Source: Eledone cirrhosa
Taxonomy: Eukaryota
DNA: 64,000 bases
Direction of reading: 5' to 3'
Assembly (NCBI GenBank): GCA_964016885.1
Contig: OZ024751.1
Span: 49,042,001 to 49,106,000 of the forward strand
Part shown: one piece after another, positions 28,038 through 42,471 of the stretch
Layout of the letters: every line of letters starts with the position of its first letter
Position numbering within the stretch: position 1 is the first letter of the stretch
Notes under the pieces: model-generated
The model's database searches: none
What the model saw: the letters and a program-made list of their open reading frames with translations, nothing else
Told to the model about the DNA's origin: nothing
Program-made: the position numbers and the translations under genes

Positions 28038-28595
28038 TAGATATGGTGTTCACTTCACATTTGATTTGCAGTCACACACTACATAGTGCACTTTGAATAT
28101 CTGCTTAGTTAATTTTTTTATACATGAGGTATTATATATATTTGTATTGAGATATTTAGTATCATTGTATCCTTAATTAAAGCAGCGTTAAAATACCACA
28201 CTGAGAGTAATAATTGAAATAATTAGGAAAAGGCTGATGCAAACGACAAATTGTATAATAATTCTGTTCTTCAACATGTATATTTAGTCTCTTAAGCGTG
28301 TTGTCTCCAATATGTATTGACATACATATCTATACATATATAAACAAATCTGTATAATATATAGATATCTGTATAACACACACACACATATATATATATA
28401 TATATGAAAGAGAGATATATTTTAACTTTATTTATATCTCATAAAATAATACAACTGGCTTTTCCACATAATACATATTGTTAGCACCCCAAACACTTAA
28501 ATTGAGTTTATATTAAAATATAACCTAATGTTTGTTGAGTGAGATGGTTACCAGTCAGAGATTAGCTTTAAACTATCTCTGTTATTGTATTAATA

Positions 28596-28637
<42 letters not shown>

Positions 28638-28685
28638 CGATTCAATTTGGATTGCGTCGGAAACATAACCTTATTATGTAACAAG

Positions 28686-28757
28686 TTGTCTGATGATGTC
28701 ACGACACTCGCACACAGAACAGTGTGGCCAGTGTCGTCATTGAAATATATATCACAG
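28686..28757 (+). ncRNA. Type I hammerhead with long stem II
   Basis: ttgt CTGATGA tgtc-acgacact-cg-cacac-agaaca-gtgtg-gcc-agtgtcgt-catt GAAA tatata TC acag. Confidence 0.7.
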
Positions 28758-28777
28758 AATTATTATTAAAGGACTTG

Positions 28778-28970
28778 GGTGGTGGATTGGCAGTATCGGT
28801 AGAGGGTCGGACGCCATGCTTTCCAGCATAGTTACGTCCCTTTACGATCTGAGTTCAAATCCTGCCGAGGTTGACTTTGCCTTTCATCCTTACGGGGTCG
28901 ATAAAATAAAGTACCAATAATGAACTGTGTAATTGCTGGCCTTGTGCCTAAAGTAGAAACAATTATTATT
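28778..28970 (+). mobile_element. SINE family 1, full length
   Basis: A-box tggcagtatcgg, B-box gagttcaaatcc, central gactttgcctttcatccttacggggtcgataaa, end agaaacaattattatt. Confidence 0.9.
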
Positions 28971-29015
28971 AAAGGACTTGAACATCTGAAACTACTTCAC
29001 TTTTCCTTATTCGAT

Positions 29016-29048
<33 letters not shown>

Positions 29049-29554
29049 ATATATATATACATAGAGATATATATGTATGCATGTATGTATTATTATATGT
29101 ATATTTACGTGGAAATGGTGATGGTTTGTGCAGTTCATTATTCATAAATTTATTAGTAACTTTGAATAAAATATGAATTAGTGAAAATAATTTTTATGGG
29201 ATAATATAGAGATATAAATATTTAGTATACATGTTTATATGTGTATGCATGTGTGTATGTGTTTGTGTGTTTATATATATATATACATACACACATATAT
29301 ATATACATATATATATATGTACATATATATATACATATATACATCTATATATATATACATATATATAAATATATATATGTATACATATATAAATATATTT
29401 ATATATATGTGTACATATATACATATATACATCTATATATATATATATATATATATAATGTGTGTGTGTGTGTATATATATATAAATATATTTATATATA
29501 TGTATACATATATAAATATATTTATATATATGTGTACATATATACATATATACA

Positions 29555-29593
<39 letters not shown>

Positions 29594-29642
29594 ACATATA
29601 TAAATATATTTATATATATGTGTACATATATACATATATACA

Positions 29643-29685
<43 letters not shown>

Positions 29686-29713
29686 ACATATATAAATATA
29701 TTTATATATATGT

Positions 29714-29774
<61 letters not shown>

Positions 29775-29784
29775 CATTTATACA

Positions 29785-29822
<38 letters not shown>

Positions 29823-30283
29823 AATATATATATATATACAATTCGAGACATTCGCTACAGAATCACATTCTCTTACGTCTGCATTTGTATTACATCTTTT
29901 TCATTATTTGATAAAATAAAGAAGATAAATAAAAAAAAAACTGTTTAGAGAATCAATAATGAAAACTACGATTGCAATATTAACAACAAAATCATTTTTT
30001 AATTAACATTCAGTACCTACACTTAAAGTTTTTTTTATAAGTATGCATATATGTGCACATAGATATATGTGTATGTATATGTATTTTTATTATACACACA
30101 CAGACACAGACACACACACACATATATATATATAGAGAGAGAGATGCATGTATATGCATACTTATATATAAACATGTTATATATATGTATACATATATGC
30201 ATATATATATGTATATGTATTTATATGTATGACCTTATGTATATAGATATATATATATGAATGTATACTTACATATGAATATA

Positions 30284-30336
<53 letters not shown>

Positions 30337-30340
30337 AATC

Positions 30341-30768
30341 AGGTTAAAAGGGCTGAGGTCAGACACCTTACTCTCCGGCTAACAACTGATTCTTTTTTTC
30401 AAATACCACTTTGGAAGAAGAATCAGGATGGAGAGAGAGGTGCTGTACCCCAGCAAGTTTTATGAAAGGTGGGTGAAAGTGGCGAGAATGGCTCGAGTGA
30501 ATGGGCCTTCTCTCTATATCAGCCTGTAGATTGAGGAAAAGGAGGAGGAGAGGAAAGGAGTACAAGCTCTTCGTACTCCTGGAGATGAGGGTTGCACATT
30601 TTTTTCGGGGGTATGTGTTACCCATATAAACTGTCTCCCTCTATTGGGGAAAATCGACTAACTTTTAAATTCCATCTGTGATAACATTTTACACGTTTTT
30701 ATTGTATGTAAACTTCCCCCTTTGTATTTGTCCCCTTCTTTTGTGCCCCTGTGGCTAATAAAGAAATA
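30341..30768 (+). mobile_element. L1/Tx1 3' fragment, copy 2
   Basis: Near-identical to the reverse complement of 15247-15673; (TCTA)n flanks. Confidence 0.9.
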
Positions 30769-30796
30769 TATCTATCTATCTATCTATCTATCAATC

Positions 30797-31218
30797 AGGT
30801 TAAAAGGGCTGAGGTCAGACACCTTACTCTCCGGCTAACAACTGATTCTTTTTTTCAAATACCACTTTGGAAGAAGAATCAGGATGGAGAGAGAGGTGCT
30901 GTACCCCAGCAAGTTTTATGAAAGGTGGGTGAAAGTGGCGAGAATGGCTCGAGTGAATGGGCCTTCTCTCTATATCAGCCTGTAGGTTGAGGAAAAAGAG
31001 GAAGAGAGGAAAGCGGTACAAACTCTTCTTACTCCTGGAGGGCTGCACATTTTTTCGGGGGTATGTGTTACCCATATGAAATGTCTCCCCCTATTGGGGA
31101 AAATCGATTAATTTTTAAATTGCATTTGTGGTAATATTTTACACGTTTTTATTGTATGTAAACTTCCCCCTTTGTATTTGTCCCCTTCTTGTGTGCCCCT
31201 GTGGCTAATAAAGAAACA
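30797..31218 (+). mobile_element. L1/Tx1 3' fragment, copy 3
   Basis: Same 5' truncation as copy 2, more diverged 3' half. Confidence 0.9.
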
Positions 31219-31346
31219 TATCTATCTATCTATCTATCAATCTTCTTCTCTTATACACACATATATACACACACATATATACATTGCTATATACACACGC
31301 ATATATACTTGTACATATATATGAATGTATATATATATATATATGT

Positions 31347-31856
31347 GCAAGTATGTATGTATACGTACATATATATAAGTATACAGAAGTACAGTAGCAT
31401 GTATATATATATATATATATACACATACAGGCACATATATATATATGTACGTATCAGTTTAGCGAACATTTATTATAATGTTCGCTTTGTTCGTTTGTAA
31501 ACAAACGGACAGCCTGATTTATGGCGTACGGTGTTAAGGCAACCACGTCACCTTTTTGTTCAACACTGACACAGGAACGATGTACTAGTTTCAAGCTTGT
31601 TAGCTATCGTCAGCACCGTATACCCTTCTGCCAGATAGTTGAACGTTCGAAAGTATATACTTTCCTTATGAAAATTAACAGCTGAGCAGCCTAATTTGCA
31701 TATCGAGTGAGTTCAGTCGGCCAGGCGCACCGAAAACGATAAATAGATAGAATAGGGTGGAACGAAATTTCATTTCTCACTCTTAGTACGGCACTTACTT
31801 AAATGCAAGTATGTATGTATACGTACATACATATATGTATACAGAAGTACAGTAGC

Positions 31857-31903
<47 letters not shown>

Positions 31904-32461
31904 TTGAAAAAAAATGAAAACGAAATTTCATTTCTCACTCTTAGTATGGCACTTACTTAAATGTAAGTATGTATGTATACGTACATACATATATGTATGT
32001 ACGTATACATACATACTTATATATATATATATATACACACATACAGGCACACATATATATATGTACGCATCAGTTTAGCGAACATTTATTATAATGTTCG
32101 CTTTGTATACCCTTCTGCCAGATAGTTTCATTCTATTCTATCTATTTATCGTTTTCGGTGCGCCTGGTCGACTGAACTCACTCAATATGCAAATTAGGCT
32201 GCTCAGCCGTTAATTTTCATAAGGAAAGTATATACTTTCGAACGTTCAACTATCTGGCAGAAGGGTATACGGTGCTAACGATAGCTAACAAGCTTGAAAC
32301 TAGTACATCGTTCCTGTGTCAGTGTTGAACAAAAAGGTGACGTGGTTGCCTTAACACCGTACGCCATAAATCAGGCTGTCCGTTTGTTTACAAACGAAAA
32401 AAGCGAACATTTTAATAAATGTTCGCTAAACTGATACGTACATATATATATATGTGTGCCT

Positions 32462-32527
<66 letters not shown>

Positions 32528-32627
32528 TCAAGGTGAAAGACAAATTCTCAACAATATCTTTCACTATTGCATTCTTTTTTTTATGTCCATACCTGCATTG
32601 TTTTGGCCTTATTACACATATTCAAAC

Positions 32628-32678
<51 letters not shown>

Positions 32679-32781
32679 TGCTACTGTACGTCTGTATACA
32701 TATATGTATGTACGTATACATACATACTTGCATTTAAGTAAGTGCCGTACTAAGAGTGAGAAATGAAATTTCGTTTCATTC

Positions 32782-32787
<6 letters not shown>
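31347..32787. mobile_element. Family C: ORF-less ~458-nt head-to-tail HHR unit (retrozyme-like), inverted array
   Basis: gcaagtatgtatgtatacgtac recurs at 31347 and 31805 within one continuous minus arm; plus-strand unit 32128-32787 starts and ends with cattctatt. Confidence 0.8.
31578..31618 (-). ncRNA. Minimal type I hammerhead (family C); mutated mirror at 32270-32310 (+)
   Basis: cggtg CTGACGA t-agc-taacaa-gct-t GAAA ctag TA catcg; palindromic stem III. Confidence 0.82.
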
Positions 32788-32830
<43 letters not shown>

Positions 32831-32933
32831 CATATATATCTTTGAGTGTGTGTGAAAAAGACGACTGACTGCGAGAGAAAGAGGGTTAAAGGGATATATA
32901 TATGATATACATATATGTATATATATATATGTA

Positions 32934-33009
<76 letters not shown>

Positions 33010-33047
33010 CATATATGCGTACATATATATATACATATATGTATATC

Positions 33048-33078
<31 letters not shown>

Positions 33079-33141
33079 TGCGTACATATATATATATACA
33101 TATATGTATATCATATATATATATATACATATATGTATATC

Positions 33142-33189
<48 letters not shown>

Positions 33190-33191
<2 letters not shown>

Positions 33192-33995
33192 TGTTATACT
33201 TGGGGAGGGTCATGTTGCCAATAAGAAACACACGCACCAGCAACATTCCAGTTCAAATTATTATAATACATTTATAAATTTAGGAATTTATAAATCTCCG
33301 GTTGGTTGGTTGGTTCCACAAACATATGGTTTTTTTATATATTGTCAAAGTTCTTTCGTCACACATTCTGTGACCTCTTCAGTGACTGGGGATTCTTTTT
33401 TTCGTTTTTTGTGTCTCTCCTTTGTTCTGCCATACGCCATATTGTTTTTGTGTGTGTGTGTGTGCTTAGTTTGCGCATGTGTTACATCCGGTATCTGTGT
33501 GTGTTTATATTCGTTTATTTATTTGTTTATTTACATGTTACTGGTTGGTTGTTTGTTCTATGTGTGTGTGTGTTTTCATTTCGTCCTTAATTGTAAGTTG
33601 TGTTGTTGCTGTTCCACTCATGTTTTCTATTTAATTTTGGTTGTAATTCATTTATGTTTATACATAAATGAATTACAACCAAATAAGATGGCGTAGGACA
33701 GAACAAAGGTGAGGCACAAAAAACAAAGAAAAGAATCCCCAGTCACTGAAGAGGTCACATAATGTGTGACGAAAGAACTTTGACAATATATAAACAACTC
33801 ATAAATTTATAAATTTATAAATTTCCGGAACCAACCAACCAACCGGAAATTTATAAATTTATCATAATAAATTGAAGTGAAAGCTTCTGGTGCGTGTGTT
33901 TCTTATTGGCAACATGACCCTCCCAAAGTATAACAATATCGGTTTCAACACACGTTTTCAGATAAAGAATCTTGCTAAACAAATTCAGAAACGAA

Positions 33996-33996
<1 letters not shown>
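33190..33996. mobile_element. Family G PLE 3' end, inverted, with tail
   Basis: Arms ~33190-33655 and ~33660-33938 (right arm internally deleted); the minus strand near 33625-33655 encodes INELQPKLN, like the PLE endonuclease C-terminus; ~55-nt tail. Confidence 0.82.
33742..33784 (+). ncRNA. Type I hammerhead (family G); mirror copy 33344-33386 (-)
   Basis: gtca CTGAAGA g-gtcaca-taatg-tgtgac GAAA gaac TT tgac. Confidence 0.75.
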
Positions 33997-34088
<92 letters not shown>

Positions 34089-36676
34089 AAGAGAAAGATA
34101 GATAGGTATTTCGATAGATATAATTGAGTCTATAAAAGTAAAAGATTTTATTTCTAACACATAAAGAAGACACGAATTGAATTATATTGTCCTTTATGTT
34201 TGATTGAATAGCGTTCCAAAATCTATTGACCTTTCAAGAATCTCTCTGCATTGCCTTCTTTGTTTGCGGATATATTCAGTGTATTTTTGATGCGTTTTGT
34301 ATAAGGCAGCAGTGGCTCATGTCAATATTGTTATAAGTAATAAAACCATCATTGCTTGTATTACAATTGCTCAACATTTAACTACCTCAGGTAACTTTAA
34401 TAATTTATTTTGCACGTGTTGTGCCTGTATGTTCACCAATGGCTTAAATCCATTTACAAGATTCTTAAATTTGTTGAAAGATCTTTATACATATAAAGCA
34501 AGAATCTTGCTCTCAAAATTGCAAAAGAATATATTCCAAACAGAGGCTATACTCCACTGACGGATTTGATCCAGTTTTCCTTTATTGAATTTTTATCGAG
34601 AATGTTTTCATTGACATGGGCCTTGCTTCAATATACTCTGCCTTGGGTTTCAATGCGATGCTACTAATTTATCGATAGGTTATCGGTACCCACACATCAG
34701 TGTTGGTTCTCTTCAATAGTGAAGGTGAAATCCTATATCAAGCTATATCACATATATATTTAATACATTCCAAAGTCGCGTAGAACGATGCCCCCCCTCT
34801 TTCCGATAATCTCTAGAGAAAGATATTGGAAATACCACGTTTATGTAGCAAAATACATGCACTAATCCACTATTATCCAATTAATAATTTCTTTAGTTAA
34901 GAACAATTATGCAAAAGTAACAAACCAGTGGAGTTTGAAGGTTCAATTATTTTCATCGATTTCCAACAATATTTTGCTTCGCCAAAATCTTGTAAAACAT
35001 GCCTGAAAATGAGATATGAACAGAAATAACAGAGTCTACTAAAAGTGTTTATTAAAATGTAATGTTTCTATATAGAAATTCAGTAAGAATGGACACTTCA
35101 TGAAGCCAGAGAGCATAGATGTCATTTCGTTTAGCAAAGATTGTATGTAGGATAGACTGACATCTTCTCCAGATTCCCCAGTATCTACCTTCCGCTATTT
35201 CGGTGGCCTTCAACAGGATTTTAGATATTTGATCTACCAGTAAGTATTACCAACGTAATCACTCTTAAGTCACATCCTACTGTTCGGAAAGGAATTGGCA
35301 TATTAGGTAATGTAATCATAAATCGACGCAAAAGTAAAAAATAAAATAAGCAAACGGTTCTTTGTTAAGCCTGTCCAGTCATAGCTGACATATTGTAAGC
35401 AACAAAACTACAAATGGTGATATATTGAAGAAGATGGGTTTTGTTGATGACCAGCACCATGGTGCTTCTAATCAAGTAGGAATATATTAAAAAATCGTTC
35501 CACCCGTGACTAGGATCGCATGATGTAAGGTGCAATTTTTTTAGATACGGTAATGTTATTTAAGAGATATTTGACTGCTATTTCTTGTACGGAATGTATT
35601 AGGAAACCATTATAGAGTCAGCCCACTTCCCGTCATAAATGACAATACGGCATTCTTACAAAAGAACACATCGGATAATGTCCTGAGTACCCTGTACATA
35701 GGAAGATACCGAATGCATACTTCTGGAATGCCTTTGATCATAATTCTGCTTAATCAGGGCTAACATTTGGATTCAGTAATAGCAATTGACTGCATATAAT
35801 TTCTTGTAATAACCGTTACGGCTTTCTGTATGTTAACTTCAAATTGCAACAGGATCAAATTTCTCTGTCATCGATACGTGGTCGATAAATTTAAGTACCA
35901 ATCCAGACTAATCCCACGGTTTAACGTAAGATTTAGTGCATTCTGCATTCATTGGAGCGATTTTAAAACCGTTCTCCTGTTTAACACAACTTAGTCCGTA
36001 TGTACCTTCAGCAGAGTTCATCTAAGAATCCTGGCTAAGTCTGCTGTTTGGGGATAACCAGCTTTTTTCACCCCACCAGCCTAGGAAGGTCTGCAAAACT
36101 ACCACCACCACCATCACCATTACCACCACCATCACTAACACCATCACCAACACCACCAACACCAACACCACCACCAACACCAACACCACCAATGTCACCA
36201 TCACCACCACCTCCACGACCACTGTTAAGGTAACGTGTAGTGTTTGTTTTTGAATTATCGACACTGTTGCCGTCGGACGAGCATACGGCTGCCTCATCTC
36301 ATGCGGCTAAAAACTAAATACAGACAGTTCTGGCATACACGATCCCACAAACACTTATTCATTGTGAACTGTGTTGTTGTTGTTTATCCGCTTCTACTGT
36401 CTTACATCCACCACACCAAACACAAACCCTTGGTTAATTTGATTGACGTCGTTATATGGAATACCTTATTACATGTGTCATGTGTTTGTTTGATAGGTTC
36501 AACATTTACTTGACGTTTTTGACATAGCTGTTTAGTTTCGAGACTTGCTTCAAATTTAGGCAGCTACTAATTTGAATATCTTTCTAATTTAATTAATATT
36601 TTTTAAATATGTTCTTTAACTTTTTTTTTTTCTTTTTTATAATTTTTTGATTTTGGAACCGATGTTTACTTTTTTA

Positions 36677-36732
<56 letters not shown>

Positions 36733-36967
36733 CATTTGTGGCTATATTTTTCGATTTGTGGCTATAGCATGGGACTGTGTGTTAGATTTTCTTTATTTTT
36801 TATCTTGTTTAGATTAATGTTAATTTTCTGTAGAACTACCATTTTGTTTAATATGGATAGAGCTGGTGATAGGGAGAGAGAAGGAGAAACATATACAGGA
36901 GATATGTACATTGAGTGGGTATATATACACATACACACACACATAAACAAACACACACACACACACG

Positions 36968-37001
<34 letters not shown>

Positions 37002-37304
37002 ATATATATATATATATACAGACATTGAGATGGAGATAGGGTGATATATAGAGAAGCAAATGTGGAGAAGAAGGAATGGAGAGAGAGAGGGAGAGTGGGG
37101 AGAGTGAGAGAGAGTTGGTCATAAAGAGACATTACTGTTAGTGTCACTTATTTTCTTGTTCTTTATCTAAGAATAAATGACAAATTGGTTGGGAAAAATT
37201 TCCATTTTTTCCATTCTTTATTTCTTTTATTTCAAAAAAAATGTTCTGAATTTGTTCAACTCTTCTAAATTTTCACTCCATTATCAATTGCGCAAGAACT
37301 ACAG

Positions 37305-37520
37305 CAGAGTGGCAGAATCTCTAGACGTTGGTATTAAATTCCATTATAGCATTTACTCTCTTATATAACGTTCTGGTTCCAAATCACACCATGACCAAAT
37401 AAATTCTTTCGTTATTAACTTGAAGAATCGTTAGAACATTAAGGGAAAGGATTTGCGGCATTTATTCTGGCTCTTTATGTTCTGAGTTCAAAACATACCG
37501 AGGTTAATAAAAACAAAACA
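37305..37520 (+). mobile_element. Degenerate SINE family 1 heads
   Basis: gtggcagaatc..., ctctttatgttctgagttcaaaacataccgagg. Confidence 0.5.
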
Positions 37521-39488
37521 CTTAAAACTAGATATTTAGTACGCCGTTTGATATAAAATACTGAGGTCTATAAATTGAAATACCAGTGAAGTACTTACAT
37601 TGAAATATTAAAATACAAGATTAGTATTAGATGTTTATAAAATGAAGTACAAATTATTTGCTGGATCTGGATTGGGATATAAAATACCCGAGAGGTTTTC
37701 GGTTGATATAATATAAAATATTTGTGAAATAGTGAGTTGATTACTTAAAAGTACCAGTCGGTTATTGTATAACAGAATCAGTGAATCAATAGGTTTTGTA
37801 AAATAAATCATTTACTGGTGTCAATATAAGAAACTATACTTAGAAGTTTTGACATTGTAGTTTTGATAGGGAATATCATATTTTGATTGGGATTTCTGTT
37901 TAATTCTCTGCTTTACGCTTATTTGCAACAACCTTCAGCTATATTCCTCTACATTTATCAACACTTGGACTCTATAATGATTGTTTGAGATACATTCACG
38001 GGGCAGAGATACACGCCAACAGCCAATTGTGAATTCTATATGGGTTGAAGTTTCGGCTTAAATCAGTTGATGTCTATTGACACATGAAATAGGCTTGGGA
38101 ATAGACCTGACTGTTAAAACATACAATTTTTACTTCCATTAAAATAATGTCGATCAGAAATGCCTGTCACAAAACAAAACTAAAACCACACGTTCGTATC
38201 ACCTTGGGACTCAACGTGGGAAACCAATTATATTTCCAATATGTGACGATCGTGAGAGAGGAATAGGACACCTGAGTAATATTTAGGTATTTCGATATCT
38301 AGTTTAAGGCCTACAATTTAACGTACATATGCGTAAAAAATAATCCATGAAATATCAAATATTAGATGGTTATTTATTTATGTAAGTAAATGCACCTCCG
38401 TTGATGTCGAGTGTTCAGTTGTCTAATTAAATCAACCACCTCTTCATTGAATTAGTCTGTACGTCTTTGTATAAGCCACATACACGTGACTCTTCATGCA
38501 GAAACTAAGGAAAGTATACCCATAAGAGACTCTTCACAGAATAAGAGAAAAGTATACCCTTAATGGATTCCTCACACAGAAACAGAGTGAAACAATATAT
38601 GTAATGACTGAGGCGTGGATATTTATTTATCTATAGATAGGGCACGGGGACGGGTGGTATGATGGTTAAAGTGTCGAATGTAGGAATTTTGTTGCTTAGA
38701 AACGGCCCTGTGAGGTTATATCATAAATTGTGCTGGGACTGACTTTGCCATACATCATTCCAGATTTGGTATTACTTCGCCATCAAAATCAAGTAATGAG
38801 TTGAAGATCTATCGGGATTTCTCATAACCAAAGTGGGACAGGCCGAATTTTTGGAAGACATTGAATCGACTCTGGGGTGGAAACATATTGAGTCCTGTCA
38901 TATCTTAGAAATATGTATTTTTCTATAATGATTTAGGAAAACGAAATCTATTTTAAAAAAAGGTTTGTTAATTCAAATACTTGTAGTATTCGGAAAATGT
39001 AGATTGTTAAAAAAAATATTTTCCTAGTAAATATGATGCAGTGTACAGTTCTGTGCTTTTGAAATATATCTTGTTCATGGGGGTACATGTGTAAAACGAT
39101 GTTAAGTGGTAATGCCCATTGAAAAGGAATTAAACTCACAACATGTCTGTTGTCGATAAATTAAGTCAGTGATGATATCCGAGTAGTAACAGCATTACTA
39201 AAGGGAAACTTTATACCAGATACTGTAGCTGTATGTGGACGTGTCATGTTCAATAAATGACGAGTCTGCAAAGATGGTAATGTAGTGGGTTTTTTTTTTA
39301 TCTCAGAAACTAATATATGAAGGATGTGTAAGTTTAGAAACGAGCGCGCGTGTGTGTGTATGTGGGTGTGTGTGCGTGTTTATATGAGTGTGCATAAACG
39401 TGTGTGTATGTGTATACGTATATATGTCTTCGTGTATGTATATACTGATACACGCACACAAATATTCGTATACACACACTCTAAAACA

Positions 39489-39554
<66 letters not shown>

Positions 39555-39766
39555 ATATTATATATATTATATATATATATTTTATATATTATATATATTA
39601 TATATATATATTATATATATATATATATATTATGTATATATTAATATATTATATATGTATATATATTATATATATATATATATGTATATATATATGTATA
39701 TATATAATATATATATATATATGTACATACACACACATATATATATATATACATATATATATAAAA

Positions 39767-39807
<41 letters not shown>

Positions 39808-39884
39808 GTATATATATATACATACTCACACATACATACAATTATACACACATATATATATATATGTATGTATATGTATGTATA

Positions 39885-39971
<87 letters not shown>

Positions 39972-40806
39972 GTGTGTGTGTGCGTGTGTCTATAAATGTA
40001 TGTACATTTTTATGTAGAAATAGTCACAGATATATATTAGCATATGTCCATACATATATGGCGGAGTGAATGTGTGTGGGAATGTGTAAGTGTATGTGAG
40101 TGTGTATGCACAGAATGCAAATACAGCTTCAGTAATAGTGAGCAAAGGACCCCTCGGGGGACTGGAGAAATTTAGTCAATTATCTTATAGAGATTACTAT
40201 CCTTTTGGCAGCGAAGGGGATTTTAAATGTTGAAGCGATGCGAACTGCTATTTCGAAAGATGCCAATAAGTGCCAAGTGGATATTGAAAGCATCACAGGA
40301 AATAGATTAGGAACGTGGCCGCTGGCTTCAGCAATCACCAGCCAATCATTTCAGATGTTACGGTTGACAATGCAAAATTGGAAAATGTCTACACATTTGT
40401 AACCATCTTAGCGACGACAGCAACCACACCACTCTTCTTGAGAATTACGTTGTGATAATTTCTGCTATTGTTTTCTTGACATATGTCCGTTGTGTTGGAA
40501 AATGAAAAGAGGGAAAAGAGACGAAGCTGGGGGGAGAGGGGTGAGGATGAAGAAGCAGGGATTCTGTGAAAAGAGAGCAAAGAGGAAAATATGGTGAAAC
40601 TATGTAGAAATACCGGAGGAATATAAAGAAAAGAGTGAGGTTAAGACATTGAGTGAGGGAATGTCGGTGTGGATGGGGTTTGATGGTAATAAGAAGCATT
40701 GTTATTGTTATTTCAACTTATCGCACCACAGACATATGACACCAAATAGATAAATATAATTGATTTCCTATACATACATACATACATATATATATGTATA
40801 TAAATG

Positions 40807-40871
<65 letters not shown>

Positions 40872-41077
40872 GTATCTGTATACCTATATCGCCCTCTTTT
40901 AACCTCCCTCTCTCTCTGTATATATATATAAATATATACATACATATATATATATATATATATACATGTATGCATGTATATATTATATATATACATACAT
41001 ATGTATTTATAAGATCAAGTAGTTAATTAATCCATTGGTTTACGAACGTTTTAGAGGCAAATATTTTGGATGTGCAA

Positions 41078-41132
<55 letters not shown>

Positions 41133-41437
41133 CGATACGGATGCATGTATGTGATGTATGTATTTAATAAAAAGTAATGGACATCATCTCCATTGTATAT
41201 ACACACACACATATGTATAAATATATATGTGTGTGTATGTATATATATATATATATGTATATGTGTGTGTGTCGGTGTGTGTGGGGGTGTTTGTGTGTAT
41301 GTGGTGTATGTGTGTGTGTGTGCAAACGTGTATACTATATATGTTAAAATACGTTCTTTACTTGTCTAATATGGATAAGCTTCGAAAATATAAATTTTTC
41401 TTGCATCCCCTGATTATATATATATATATATATATAT

Positions 41438-41602
41438 AGGAACCAGTAAGACCCCGACGGCTGTGCTCAAGCCGTTTCGACGGCTAATTCTGGACGCCGA
41501 GTCGGGTCTTACTGGTTCCTATTACCCACTCTACTACCCCAAGTATTGAGTACTTTGGTGCGTTATGGTCCACCTGGTTCCTTACCACATTTCCTTCGTT
41601 AT
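41438..41602. mobile_element. Family E inverted insertion
   Basis: Antisense arm taggaacc...ttctggac joined to sense gggtcttactggttcc...ccttcgtta; a diverged copy follows at ~41750-41850. Confidence 0.85.
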
Positions 41603-41649
41603 ATTTATATATATATATATATACATATATATTCATATATTTATATATA

Positions 41650-41687
<38 letters not shown>

Positions 41688-41709
41688 TATATTTATATAT
41701 ATATTTATA

Positions 41710-41740
<31 letters not shown>

Positions 41741-42002
41741 CTGAAGAGATTTAGGACCTCGGCGGCGGAGCTCTTTTCATATTACTCACTCTAATACCCC
41801 AAGTATTGAGTACTCTGGTGGGTTATGGTCCACCTGATATTTTACCACACTCTATCTGATACATATACACACACACACATATATATACATATATATACAA
41901 GTTACACCTTTCCCTTCGAACATAGCCTATAGATAACACGACGGGCCTCCAGACTGATCGATTATATTAAGCATTTTTCCTGTTTCCTTATTTCTTCTTT
42001 AG

Positions 42003-42471
42003 GTGGCTAATGACCAAATTTACTAAATGAATCATACGCGCACGATACTTTCCAGTCAGTTTATTATGCACTTACAATATGCAGTCATCCCAATACATTT
42101 TAATACAGTACACATGAAATAAATTCACAGATCTATATTAGCTGATAACACTATAAAGCTAGAGCTTTTCCATAGAAAACGGAACAAAGAACCATGAAGG
42201 ATTTACATATTACAGAACGTAAACAAAAGGTTAACTCACAGATTCATCATAAGTCATTCTTCTGATTCTTTTTGCTCTTGCTTAATGAGGCCGGGATGAT
42301 TCAAAGCCAGCGATCCCAAAGCATCGATGTACATAGAGCCGACCAGGTCCACCAGCCCCAAGTGTCGCTGGCGGTCCTCTGCTTTCTCTTGTTCAACTGT
42401 TGATAAATTTTGCATCATACCTCTATGATATATTACCACTCACATAATACAGTGCGACCATGGCTAACCAG
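42003..42471 (+). other. Possible host exon (5' UTR plus ATG GCT AAC CAG)
   Basis: Long polypyrimidine acceptor ending ctttag at 42002; accATGg at 42460 after an in-frame TAA; donor CAG/gtaacg; non-repetitive sequence. Confidence 0.25.
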
